Assembly (NCBI GenBank): GCA_964413645.1
Contig: CAYPSA010000002.1
Coordinates: forward strand, 86,508-150,507
DNA: 64,000 nucleotides
Reading direction: 5' to 3'
Origin: an uncultured Gammaproteobacteria bacterium
Lineage (GTDB): Bacteria > Patescibacteriota > Microgenomatia > UBA1406 > HO2-37-13b
This document shows, one piece after another, positions 9,210 through 17,709 of the stretch. The translations under genes were made by a program, and so were the position numbers. Numbering within the stretch: position 1 is the first letter of the stretch; each line of letters opens with the position of its first letter. Below the pieces are notes generated by a model, which saw only the letters and a program-made list of their open reading frames with translations, did no database searches and was not told the DNA's origin.

Positions 9210-10427
9210 ATGAATATTTTTAATTCGCTGGGATCAAACTATTCCAAATCGTTTGTAAAAAAAGCGCTATTTGCCAAAAATAATGTAGCAGACGTTGATA
9301 AATTGATTGGGTTTTTGGGGCAAACATACGATGGGGAAGTGCATGTAACACATAAGGGCCGCGATGCACTTACGCTTGCTCTTCAAGCTGCACATATACC
9401 TCCACAGGCAAAGGTGGTCATTAACGGGTTTACGTGTATCGCCGTTTATAATGCCGTTGTAAAAGCAGGGTGCACGCCCGTAGTACTCGATATTGACCCA
9501 GCCACCTTGCATTTTGAACCTGAAACACTGAAAAAAGTTCTGGAAAAAGATGGTGCAATTAAAGCTGTCATCGTGCAAAACACGCTTTCATACCCATGTA
9601 ATATTGTCACATTAAACGACGTCTGCAAAAAGTACAATTGCATCCTCATCGAAGATGGAGCTCATTGCGTAGGAACCAAATACGATAACGGTAAACATGT
9701 AGGAACTGTTGGGGATTTGGTCGCACTTTCATTTTCACAAGATAAAATTATCGATGGAATAAGTGGGGGAGCGCTTATTATCCGAAATAAATCATTTCAG
9801 CGATTTTCTCCGCCCAGTCCCATTACTCGAAGTCAGCGTATGGAGATAAAGGACCGATTGTACCCACTCCTGACAACGCTCATCCGCCGAACCTATCCGT
9901 ACTTCGTAGGTCGCATACTCCATTTTTTCTTAAAAATATTCAACGTACTTCCTAAACCAGTCGCTATTAATGATAAGAATTACACACTTTCATCATTTTG
10001 TGCCCAGTTAATCCTGTACGCATACGAAAGAAGTGCGCGCAATATTTCCCACCGCCAACATATTGCACAAATATATCATCAATATATTGACCCGTCAGTC
10101 CAATCGGGCTTTATCGGGAAGCATATTTTAACGAGCGCTAATTTGCGATTTCCAATTTTTGTACAAAATAGGGACAAACTCATCTCTCACCTCGCCGCGC
10201 AGGGAGTGTATGTAGGCGATATTTGGTACGACGCTCCAATCGCTCCCGCTTCAAACATACAATATGAGATCGTGGGAGAGAATGGAGAGACAATTGAAAA
10301 AAGCGCTTCAAACGCTCAAAAAATCGCCGACACAATTATTAATTTACCCACACACGAACATGTTACCAGCGCGCACGCAATGGCAATAAGTGAGATAATA
10401 AACCAATGGTTGAAACAAAACAAATAA
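9210..10427 (+). CDS. DegT/DnrJ/EryC1/StrS-like PLP-dependent aminotransferase family protein
   Basis: 405 aa with GRDALTLAL, FTCIAVYNAVVKAGCTPVVLDID, IEDGAHCVG and SFSQDK (candidate PLP lysine). Confidence 0.7.
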   Translation: MNIFNSLGSNYSKSFVKKALFAKNNVADVDKLIGFLGQTYDGEVHVTHKGRDALTLALQAAHIPPQAKVVINGFTCIAVYNAVVKAGCTPVVLDIDPATLHFEPETLKKVLEKDGAIKAVIVQNTLSYPCNIVTLNDVCKKYNCILIEDGAHCVGTKYDNGKHVGTVGDLVALSFSQDKIIDGISGGALIIRNKSFQRFSPPSPITRSQRMEIKDRLYPLLTTLIRRTYPYFVGRILHFFLKIFNVLPKPVAINDKNYTLSSFCAQLILYAYERSARNISHRQHIAQIYHQYIDPSVQSGFIGKHILTSANLRFPIFVQNRDKLISHLAAQGVYVGDIWYDAPIAPASNIQYEIVGENGETIEKSASNAQKIADTIINLPTHEHVTSAHAMAISEIINQWLKQNK

Positions 10428-11425
10428 TTGAAAAGGGGGAGTGGGATGCTTTTTTACAAACTCATGATGAGGCGAATTTTCTACAATCATGGGAATGGGG
10501 AGAGTTTCATGAACGAATCAATCATCCGATAATTAGAACCGGATTTTATGAGAATAATACTTTAATAGGGGTAATGCTTGCGGTTGTTGAGCCTGCTCGC
10601 CGCGCACGGTATCTTACAGTGCCAGGCGGGCCAATTATTGACTGGGAAAATCTTGAACTGATTAATTCAGTCGGTAATGCAATGAGGAATATTGCGAAAG
10701 AAAACAATTGCGTCTTTGTGCGCGTACGTCCTCAGCTACTCAATACGCATGTCTCAAATGGAATTTTCAAGCACATAGGATTTATTCCTGCACCAATCCA
10801 TTTGCACGCACAGCTAACGCTCCAACTTGACCTAACTCAAAGCGAGGAAGAAATCATGATGCAAATGCGCAAAAATACGCGGTACGAGCTTAAAAAGGCA
10901 CTGTCTGGAGACATTTCCGTGAAAACTTCTACAAATCCCGAAGATATAAAGCCGTTTTACGATCTTCAACTTGAACTCGCAAAGCGTCAAAAATTTGTGC
11001 CATTTTCCTACGAATATTTACATGAGCAATTTAGCGTATTTGCCACACAAAATATGGCTTCACTCATGAGTGCATACCACGGGGAAAGCTTACTGGCTCA
11101 AGCTTTCATTATTTTTTATGGAAATGAAGCAATATATCATTACGGTGTAAGCACTCCTGCTGGTCGTGAGTATCCGGGCGCATATTTGCTACAATGGGAA
11201 GCGATAAAAGAGGCTAAAAAACGAGGCATGAAACGCTATAACTTCTGGGGCATTGCCCATGAGCACGAAAAGTATCATCGATTTTATGGATTATCTATTT
11301 TTAAACGAGGATTTGGTGGGGAAGAAGTGGAATATTTGCCAGCACAAGATTTGATAATAAGTAGTGCGCGATATTTTGTGAATAAAGCTATTGAAAATGT
11401 AAGAAAACGGGTAAGAGGAGTTTAA
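10406..11425 (+). CDS. FemAB-family peptidoglycan bridge-forming aminoacyltransferase (FemX-like)
   Basis: 339 aa with FLQSWEWGEF, MRKNTRYELKKA, YHYGVS and FKRGFGG, characteristic of the FemA/FemB/FemX family. Overlaps the upstream gene by 22 nt. Confidence 0.8.
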   Translation: MVETKQIIEKGEWDAFLQTHDEANFLQSWEWGEFHERINHPIIRTGFYENNTLIGVMLAVVEPARRARYLTVPGGPIIDWENLELINSVGNAMRNIAKENNCVFVRVRPQLLNTHVSNGIFKHIGFIPAPIHLHAQLTLQLDLTQSEEEIMMQMRKNTRYELKKALSGDISVKTSTNPEDIKPFYDLQLELAKRQKFVPFSYEYLHEQFSVFATQNMASLMSAYHGESLLAQAFIIFYGNEAIYHYGVSTPAGREYPGAYLLQWEAIKEAKKRGMKRYNFWGIAHEHEKYHRFYGLSIFKRGFGGEEVEYLPAQDLIISSARYFVNKAIENVRKRVRGV

Positions 11426-11631
11426 TCACCATTGCCACCCCGCCATGTTAACTCATCTGCCTGGGCCCCTTCCATACCTCGATCTTGAACAAGGTCATTT
11501 GCGGCTGAACGAGAACTTCTCCCTTCTTGTGTTTCGATTCCTTTGTCCTGCTTTATTGGTTGACCATTCACATCAAAAATGGAAGCTGGAAGCCTATCTC
11601 GATTAAATCCTTGTCCTTCGGGTCCTGACAT
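11422..11631 (-). CDS. hypothetical small Gly/Arg/Asp/Gln-rich protein (possibly spurious)
   Basis: 69-aa ORF filling the only gap between the FemX-like stop and the cysS promoter. Looks disordered; no family recognised. Confidence 0.3.
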   Translation of the reverse strand: MSGPEGQGFNRDRLPASIFDVNGQPIKQDKGIETQEGRSSRSAANDLVQDRGMEGAQADELTWRGGNGD

Positions 11632-11679
11632 AATATTTTTAGAAGTAATTTACGTATATAGTAGCGCAGATTTTTCATA

Positions 11680-11708
11680 TTGTCAATTAGTATTTTATTG
11701 ACTACAAT
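11680..11708 (+). promoter_or_regulatory. putative cysS promoter
   Basis: TTGTCA (11680-11685), a 17-nt spacer, then TACAAT (11703-11708). The ATG follows 6 nt later at 11715, with no SD. Confidence 0.45.
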
Positions 11709-11714
11709 ACCCAT

Positions 11715-13121
11715 ATGAAGCTTTACAATACGTTTTCCCGACAAATTGAAGAATTAAACCCACTCAACCCTCCTGCCGTTACGTTTTACAGCTGTGGACC
11801 TACGGTATATGATTTTACTCATTTAGGACACTTAAGAAAATTTACCAATGACGATCTGCTCAAGCGCACGCTTACTATGCTTGGTTACAAAGTAAATCAT
11901 GTAATGAATATTACCGATGTGGGGCATTTAACAGGCGATACGGATGATGGGGAAGACAAGCTTGAAAAAGGCGCAAAGAAAACCGGTAAAGATGTGTGGG
12001 AAGTTGCAGAATTTTACACGAAGCAATTTGTTGATTCGCTTAATACACTCAATATCCTGCCTCCTTCCACAATGCCTAAAGCTACAGATCATGTGGCGGA
12101 AATGATCGAACTCATCAAGAAACTCCAGAAAAAAGGATTTACCTACACGACAACTGAAGCCATATATTTTGATACTCAAAAATTCGCTGATTACGGAAAA
12201 CTTTCAGGCCAAAAATTAGAAGAAAAAAAAGTGAGTGTTCGTGAAGAAGTACATACAGACCCTCAAAAAAAACATCCGGCTGATTTTGCCTTATGGTTTT
12301 TTACCGTTGGTCGATTTGCCGACCATGTTATGCGCTGGGACGCCGACTTTGGAGAAGGGTTTCCTGGCTGGCACATAGAATGCAGTGCTATGAGCATGAA
12401 GTATTTGGGGGAATCGATCGATATTCACAGTGGGGGAGTTGATCATATTCCCGTACATCATGAAAATGAAATCGCTCAAAGCGAAGCCGCAACCGGAAAA
12501 CCATTTGTTCAGCTTTGGTTTCACAGTGCTTTTTTAAATGTTGAAGGACAAAAAATGAGTAAATCATTAGGAAATTTCTACCGCATTGAAGATCTGGTCG
12601 AAAAAGGAGTGTCTCCGATGGCTCTACGCTATTTGTACTTGCAAACCCACTACCGTCAACCCATGAATTTTACGTTTGATGCGGCCAAAGGAGCTACGAG
12701 CGCGTTCAATAACTTACGAGAGATGATTCTAGCTCTCAAAAGCCAGACAGAGAGAACGACACTTTCAACCGACAAATTAGATCAACTCGATGATTATCGT
12801 CAACAATTTTTAACCGCTATTCAAAATGATTTACAAATTCCACAGGCACTTGCAGTTATGTGGTCAATGTTAAAATCAAATATTCCATCGGGCGATAAAT
12901 ACGATCTGGCTCTGGAGTTTGATGAAGTATTTGGATTGGGACTGGCACATGTTTCAGAAGAAGAAATTCCCGAGGAAATTATTGCGTTAGCTCAAAAGCG
13001 CCTCGAAGCCCGAAAAGCAAAAGATTATGAGACAAGCGATATGTTGAAAAAAGAGATCGCGGAGAAAGGGTATAGCGTGGAAGATTCAGCTGAGGGTTTT
13101 AAAATAAACTTGAAAAAGTAA
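11715..13121 (+). CDS. cysS: cysteine--tRNA ligase
   Basis: 468 aa with class I motifs HLGH and KMSKS, plus the conserved CGPT and HIEC regions. Confidence 0.93.
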   Translation: MKLYNTFSRQIEELNPLNPPAVTFYSCGPTVYDFTHLGHLRKFTNDDLLKRTLTMLGYKVNHVMNITDVGHLTGDTDDGEDKLEKGAKKTGKDVWEVAEFYTKQFVDSLNTLNILPPSTMPKATDHVAEMIELIKKLQKKGFTYTTTEAIYFDTQKFADYGKLSGQKLEEKKVSVREEVHTDPQKKHPADFALWFFTVGRFADHVMRWDADFGEGFPGWHIECSAMSMKYLGESIDIHSGGVDHIPVHHENEIAQSEAATGKPFVQLWFHSAFLNVEGQKMSKSLGNFYRIEDLVEKGVSPMALRYLYLQTHYRQPMNFTFDAAKGATSAFNNLREMILALKSQTERTTLSTDKLDQLDDYRQQFLTAIQNDLQIPQALAVMWSMLKSNIPSGDKYDLALEFDEVFGLGLAHVSEEEIPEEIIALAQKRLEARKAKDYETSDMLKKEIAEKGYSVEDSAEGFKINLKK

Positions 13122-13129
13122 ATATTCGA

Positions 13130-13137
13130 TGTATAAT
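13130..13137 (+). promoter_or_regulatory. extended -10 box (TGTATAAT) of the leader upstream of the ATP-grasp operon
   Basis: TGTATAAT lies 6 nt before ATG 13144. The 15-mer TATAATATAGCTATG is identical to the hisS -10/start region (20601-20615). Confidence 0.45.
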
Positions 13138-13143
13138 ATAGCT

Positions 13144-13212
13144 ATGGTTCGAAAAAATTTATCAATTATTATTAACTGGTTTTACCTTACGCCTCGGCGG
13201 AGGTTTATATAA
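13144..13212 (+). CDS. candidate 22-codon leader ORF (MVRKNLSIIINWFYLTPRRRFI)
   Basis: The ATG has the leaderless geometry. Codons 18-20 are CGG CGG AGG. The stop lies inside an AT-rich hairpin (13202-13234). Speculative. Confidence 0.25.
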   Translation: MVRKNLSIIINWFYLTPRRRFI

Positions 13213-13234
13213 GTTGTAAACTTATATTTAAACC

Positions 13235-13260
13235 AAACCGCCTTAAGGGCGGTTTTTTTT
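13235..13260 (+). terminator. intrinsic terminator (cysS terminator and/or attenuator of the downstream operon)
   Basis: AAACCGCC-TTAAG-GGCGGTTT stem-loop (CCGCC 13238-13242 / GGCGG 13248-13252), followed by a T8 tract (13253-13260) that runs directly into ATG 13261. Confidence 0.7.
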
Positions 13261-14292
13261 ATGGGAAACAGAAAAGAAGAGACAATTAAACACCTTTCCA
13301 CACGTATTGACCAGCATAGTATTGACCATGTCGATTTTGGTGATTGGCAGTTCAATAGAGGGCCAGAACTTGCTGTGCAAAAAGATGAGGGGTTATTACC
13401 ATCACAAGAAATGCTGGATCGATTTGCTAGAGAATATTCACCTAGGCCTGGATATAGCAATTGGATGTACGATAATCTAGGAGTTCCCTCTCCCATAATT
13501 CGTGTAGATTTTTCACCAGAGAAACCTGATTATCCATATGAATTTGAAGCGCGACCTGCGGGCTTAGGTATTTATACAGAATTTTTTGGCGGTAAAGAAC
13601 AAGTCGGCAGGTATTTTGCGGGTTTGAGCGAATATTTAGGAAGACCTCTTGGTGTTCAAGTTCTTCCCAGCGTATTCGGTGGTGAAGGTAAAAAAGATCG
13701 CAGTTTAGACTCTCGGACCTTTGCAAAAAACGCCGGCCTACCTTTTTTTGAAAATGGTACAAGACCTAATGAGGAATATTTATTATGGGCTCGCGGCGGA
13801 GAAGAAGATATTGAAGCTGTTGGTTCTGATAGACTTTCTGCAATTGAAGCACAATCGCTAACTCCGGTGAGAGACCATGGAAATAAGGAGTATTTAGCTC
13901 GGATGGGACTTGCTACTGTATTATGCGATACAGCTGAAATAGATTTCGATACAGCTTTTTGTATTAAACCAATATATGGCTCTAAATCTGATGGTGTAGG
14001 AATATTTGTGCCTGATGGAAAAAAATTACCAGGGACTTCTACTCGTACCCAAATTCTGCGCTTAAGGGATTATAATGATGCAAAAGGAGGATCTCTTGTG
14101 CAGGAATATATACCACCAGCACTTGTTTCGGAAGAAGGTCAAAAACAGCAATTTATGATTTTCAGAATATTCGCCGCATTTATGCCTGAAACAGGTCAAT
14201 ATGAAATGTTTGGAGGTACGTATTTCACTCGACCAAATGTTAAAATTCATGGCGCAAGTGATGCTTTAGTTGGTAAAGTTGAAATTACATAA
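13261..14292 (+). CDS. GspS-like / circularly permuted ATP-grasp amidoligase (predicted)
   Basis: 343 aa. Motif order is RVDF (81-84), YEFEARPAGLG (93-103), HGNKEYL (206-212), IKPIYGSKSDGVG (235-247), LVQEYI (279-284), FRIF. The E-x-[N/E]-A-x-P metal/ATP segment lies N-terminal to the K-P..G-x-G loop, as in glutathionylspermidine-synthase-like permuted ATP-grasp enzymes. Confidence 0.6.
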   Translation: MGNRKEETIKHLSTRIDQHSIDHVDFGDWQFNRGPELAVQKDEGLLPSQEMLDRFAREYSPRPGYSNWMYDNLGVPSPIIRVDFSPEKPDYPYEFEARPAGLGIYTEFFGGKEQVGRYFAGLSEYLGRPLGVQVLPSVFGGEGKKDRSLDSRTFAKNAGLPFFENGTRPNEEYLLWARGGEEDIEAVGSDRLSAIEAQSLTPVRDHGNKEYLARMGLATVLCDTAEIDFDTAFCIKPIYGSKSDGVGIFVPDGKKLPGTSTRTQILRLRDYNDAKGGSLVQEYIPPALVSEEGQKQQFMIFRIFAAFMPETGQYEMFGGTYFTRPNVKIHGASDALVGKVEIT

Positions 14293-15236
14293 TGAAGAAG
14301 AGTCAAATACATCTTTATACAGATATTTCAGGAAATAAAATTAATACTACTTTATATAAATTTGGTTCTACAAATAAAAAAGGCATTTATATACAAGGAG
14401 GTATTCATGGTGGTGAGGTAACATATTTTATTTTTGCAAAATTATATCAATGGCTTACTAAAAACGAAGCCAATCTTAAGCAAAATATAACACTTGCTCC
14501 CATGATAAATCCAGTTGCCTGGAATCAGCGTATCTATTACTATACTGCTGGCAAATTTGACTTATATAAAGGTAAGGATTGGAATCGAAGTTACGGGAGT
14601 GAAAAGCAAAATACGTTGTCCGAACGAATGTCAAAAAGCATTCTTGATATGGCGAGGGCTCACGACTTTGTGATAGACTTACATACGGCCCGCACTAGCG
14701 CTCCTTATTTAATCTACACTGATAATTCGTTGCGGACCTATATTCTAAAATACGGGCTTGCATATAATTTTTTCATAGACCTTAATAAAGAAAGCAATAA
14801 AAAGTTCGAGGGTACACTCAATCATGCCTTGAAGGAATTAGGTATACAGTGTGTAACATACGAATGTGGCTCTCATGACTCACATAATGAAGAAGACATT
14901 AATGAAGTTTCTAGATCGATACTCTCATATTTACAAGATTCTTCCACCGCTACCTCGACTAGTAAGCCCGATCAAAAACGCTCAATTTTCACTCAAGTTA
15001 ACACGATCTTTGCAGAAATAAGCGGTTTCATTAATTATCTAATATCTCCTCGAATGCATGTAGAAAAAGGTACGCCTCTAATGGAAATATACTCATCAGG
15101 CGATTTAAAAACAACTTATGTTATTAAAAGCCCAATTGACGGTATAATTCTTGAATTATCAAAGACTCACATTTGTTGGGAAGGAGACGAGCTTATTAGA
15201 ATTGTCCCCACCGAGGCAATTCAAAATTATGATTGA
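14292..15236 (+). CDS. succinylglutamate desuccinylase/aspartoacylase (AstE/AspA, M14-like) family zinc deacylase
   Basis: 314 aa with zinc-ligand motifs GGIHGGE (H-x-x-E) and DLHTA, and a C-terminal beta-hybrid tail VEKGTPLMEI..SPIDGIILEL. 1-nt TAATG overlap with the upstream gene. Confidence 0.75.
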   Translation: MKKSQIHLYTDISGNKINTTLYKFGSTNKKGIYIQGGIHGGEVTYFIFAKLYQWLTKNEANLKQNITLAPMINPVAWNQRIYYYTAGKFDLYKGKDWNRSYGSEKQNTLSERMSKSILDMARAHDFVIDLHTARTSAPYLIYTDNSLRTYILKYGLAYNFFIDLNKESNKKFEGTLNHALKELGIQCVTYECGSHDSHNEEDINEVSRSILSYLQDSSTATSTSKPDQKRSIFTQVNTIFAEISGFINYLISPRMHVEKGTPLMEIYSSGDLKTTYVIKSPIDGIILELSKTHICWEGDELIRIVPTEAIQNYD

Positions 15237-16539
15237 TACGAATAGTACCGTCAACACCCATGGCAGATATGGGCGGTTTTTAGAGAAATATATTTCATTC
15301 AAATCTGTTTCAACCAGTCTATTATACAAATCTGAGCTTAAAGAGTGTTCTGTATGGTTAAAAAATATTTTTGAGGAAAATGGCTTTTCCACTCAACTCC
15401 TTACCGGCTATGGAAACCCCATAATTTTAGCCTCGTATCAAGTAAATACATCTCTCCCAACGTGCCTCATTTATGGTCACTACGATGTTCAACCCGCCGA
15501 TGTAAGTGATGGGTGGGATAGTGACCCGTTTACCCTCCGAAATGATGGAAACAAACTCTACGCGCGGGGAGTTGCGGACAATAAAGGACAAACGCTTATT
15601 CACATGGTAAGTGTGTTTGACCTAATTAAAGAGAATAAACTAGGTATGAATGTCATTTTTTTACTTGAAGGAGATGAAGAAACAGGCGGGGCAGATTTTA
15701 ATAGATTTATCGCCGATCATAAAGAAAAATTAAACGCAGATTTTGTACTAATTTCCGATGGGGAAATGAAAGGAAATAAACCCACTATTGAGGCTGGATT
15801 ACGAGGTGGGTTTAATATGACGCTCACTGTTACTACTGGTCAAAAAGACCTTCATAGCGGCTTGTATGGTAGTGCAGTACCCAATGCGATCCACGAGCTC
15901 TCAAAAATTCTTAGCAAAATTCATGGCGAAAGAAACAAAATTTTAATACCCGGATTTTATGATAACGTCGATCCGCTACCCGTTACAAACTCTATGAGCA
16001 GCGTGAGTTCTCCAAGAGAGCATACACTGGAGAATTTTAGTGAACACAATTTTTACAATCAAACAGGACTCATGCCTGCAATTGAGGTCTCAGGTATTCA
16101 AGCAGGCTATAGTGGAGAAGGGTATAGAAATAGTATTCCCGCATCAGCTACTGCAAAAATCAATGTTCGGTTAGTTAAAAGCCAAGAGCCAGAAGTGCTT
16201 TTTAACATGTTTGAACAATTTATTAAAGACTCTCTTCCTCTTTATGTCTCCTACCTACTTACATTTGATCATGCACATAATGCAATTAAGCTCGATACAG
16301 ATAATAAATACGTTCTAAAAGCCTCAACAATTATCAAGAATGTCTATAACATGGAACCAATATTTACCTATTCCGGCGGCGCTATTCCGGTAGTGGAATT
16401 ATTCACCAATCATCTCAAAATACCCACTATCTTGGCAAATTTAGCAAATGAAGACTGTAATATGCATGCGCCTAACGAGAATTATGACATTGAGTTCATA
16501 AAAAAGGGTCTACAATTCTCAAAACAGTTCTTTTCGTAA
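15229..16539 (+). CDS. M20-family metallopeptidase (dipeptidase/deacylase, ArgE/DapE/CNDP-like)
   Basis: Start taken at ATG 15229 (MIDTNS...), overlapping the upstream stop by 8 nt; the ORF-track start 15151 lies inside the upstream gene. Motifs: LIYGHYDVQP, RGVADNKG, LLEGDEETGG. Confidence 0.85.
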   Translation: MIDTNSTVNTHGRYGRFLEKYISFKSVSTSLLYKSELKECSVWLKNIFEENGFSTQLLTGYGNPIILASYQVNTSLPTCLIYGHYDVQPADVSDGWDSDPFTLRNDGNKLYARGVADNKGQTLIHMVSVFDLIKENKLGMNVIFLLEGDEETGGADFNRFIADHKEKLNADFVLISDGEMKGNKPTIEAGLRGGFNMTLTVTTGQKDLHSGLYGSAVPNAIHELSKILSKIHGERNKILIPGFYDNVDPLPVTNSMSSVSSPREHTLENFSEHNFYNQTGLMPAIEVSGIQAGYSGEGYRNSIPASATAKINVRLVKSQEPEVLFNMFEQFIKDSLPLYVSYLLTFDHAHNAIKLDTDNKYVLKASTIIKNVYNMEPIFTYSGGAIPVVELFTNHLKIPTILANLANEDCNMHAPNENYDIEFIKKGLQFSKQFFS

Positions 16540-16546
16540 CCATCTA

Positions 16547-16575
16547 TTGCAATTTCCCCCTTAATTTGATAAAGT
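16547..16575 (+). promoter_or_regulatory. putative rpsF operon promoter
   Basis: TTGCAA (16547-16552), a 17-nt spacer, then TAAAGT (16570-16575). The ATG follows 6 nt later at 16582. Confidence 0.45.
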
Positions 16576-16581
16576 ATACCC

Positions 16582-16860
16582 ATGACAAACACGGGAAACA
16601 CGTACGATCTAGTCATCATAACTCGCGATGAAAAAGCAGAACAAATGGACGCAGTTAAAGCTATGATTACCGGATTTGAAGGTACAGTAACAGCTGAAAA
16701 AAAATGGGGAAAGAAAAAATTTGCATATCCTATTAAAAAAGAAGGAATCGGATACTATCAATCGTGGACCGTTTCATTGAATGCACCGCACATTGCGCCA
16801 TTCAAACGAAAGCTCGATCTTGACGAAAATGTATTACGATACCTACTTATTAAGCAGTAA
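16582..16860 (+). CDS. rpsF: 30S ribosomal protein S6
   Basis: 92 aa with YDLVIITRDE..., GKKKFAYPIKK. Sits in the classic rpsF-ssb-rpsR order. Confidence 0.9.
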   Translation: MTNTGNTYDLVIITRDEKAEQMDAVKAMITGFEGTVTAEKKWGKKKFAYPIKKEGIGYYQSWTVSLNAPHIAPFKRKLDLDENVLRYLLIKQ

Positions 16861-16862
16861 AT

Positions 16863-17384
16863 ATGGCGAGTAAATCAGTAAATAAAGTTATTTTAATTGG
16901 AAATCTTACTCGAGATCCAGAATTAAAGTACACACCTTCGGGAACGGCAGTATGTACATTTGGTGTTGCAACCAACCGAGCTTGGACAACAGCAGAAGGC
17001 GAAACGAAGGAAGATGTTCAATTTCACCGAATTGTAGCTTGGCAAAAATTAGCAGAACTTGTTTCAAAATTATTAACAAAAGGACGAAAAGTATATTTAG
17101 AAGGACGAATTTCATATAAAGAATTCGTTGGAAAAGATGGCTTAAAAAAGAATCTTACGGAAATTATCATGGATGATTTCGTAATATTCGACGATCGCCG
17201 AGCTCAGGGAGCTGACGAGTCAGCACCAACAGGCGCACCTATGAATGCACCTGCAAAAGAAGCAGAAATTCCGGTTGTAGATATTGATGAAGTTGAGGAG
17301 AAACCCGCCGGGCAGAGCCCTCTGGGCGGCGCCAAAAAGCCAGAAAATACCGATGTTATAACGGATGATGATATACCATTTTAA
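16863..17384 (+). CDS. ssb: single-stranded DNA-binding protein
   Basis: 173 aa with an OB fold (VNKVILIGNLTRDPELKYTPSG), a disordered linker and the acidic tail DDDIPF. Confidence 0.92.
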   Translation: MASKSVNKVILIGNLTRDPELKYTPSGTAVCTFGVATNRAWTTAEGETKEDVQFHRIVAWQKLAELVSKLLTKGRKVYLEGRISYKEFVGKDGLKKNLTEIIMDDFVIFDDRRAQGADESAPTGAPMNAPAKEAEIPVVDIDEVEEKPAGQSPLGGAKKPENTDVITDDDIPF

Positions 17385-17386
17385 TT

Positions 17387-17611
17387 ATGAAAGACTGTTT
17401 TTACTGTTCACATAAAACCAATCCAAGCTTTGAAGACGTTGCAAATTTGCAAAAGTTTTTAACTGCTCGAAAAAAAATCACTACGCATGAGCGAAGCTTG
17501 CTTTGTGCAAAACACCAACGCAAACTTGCAAAAGCAGTAAAGTACGCACGATTCTTAGCGCTACTTCCTTACACCGCCTACCAAACCGATCAAGCGGGTC
17601 TGGAAAGCTAA
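17387..17611 (+). CDS. rpsR: 30S ribosomal protein S18
   Basis: 74 aa with LQKFLTARKKI and KHQRKLAKAVKYARFLALLPY, typical of S18. Confidence 0.9.
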   Translation: MKDCFYCSHKTNPSFEDVANLQKFLTARKKITTHERSLLCAKHQRKLAKAVKYARFLALLPYTAYQTDQAGLES

Positions 17612-17671
17612 TCTCCTTGGCAAATTCTCAAAAAAGCTGTATACTAATTTCTTAGTGTGATTCATATCTTT

Positions 17672-17698
17672 GTCATTCTGAGCGAAGCGAAGAATCTC
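17672..17698 (+). repeat. module-B hairpin repeat, canonical copy (GTCATTCTGAGCGAAGCGAAGAATCTC)
   Basis: Lies in the rpsR/ctp intergenic region. Shares the 5' flank CTTTGTCATT with the copy at 61726. Confidence 0.75.
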
Positions 17699-17709
17699 CG
17701 TCATCCATA

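Noticed and set aside
13182-13496. 104-aa minus-strand ORF across the terminator/leader and the start of the ATP-grasp gene
   Set aside because: It lies antisense to a well-supported CDS and to a hairpin/terminator region, and has no family features.
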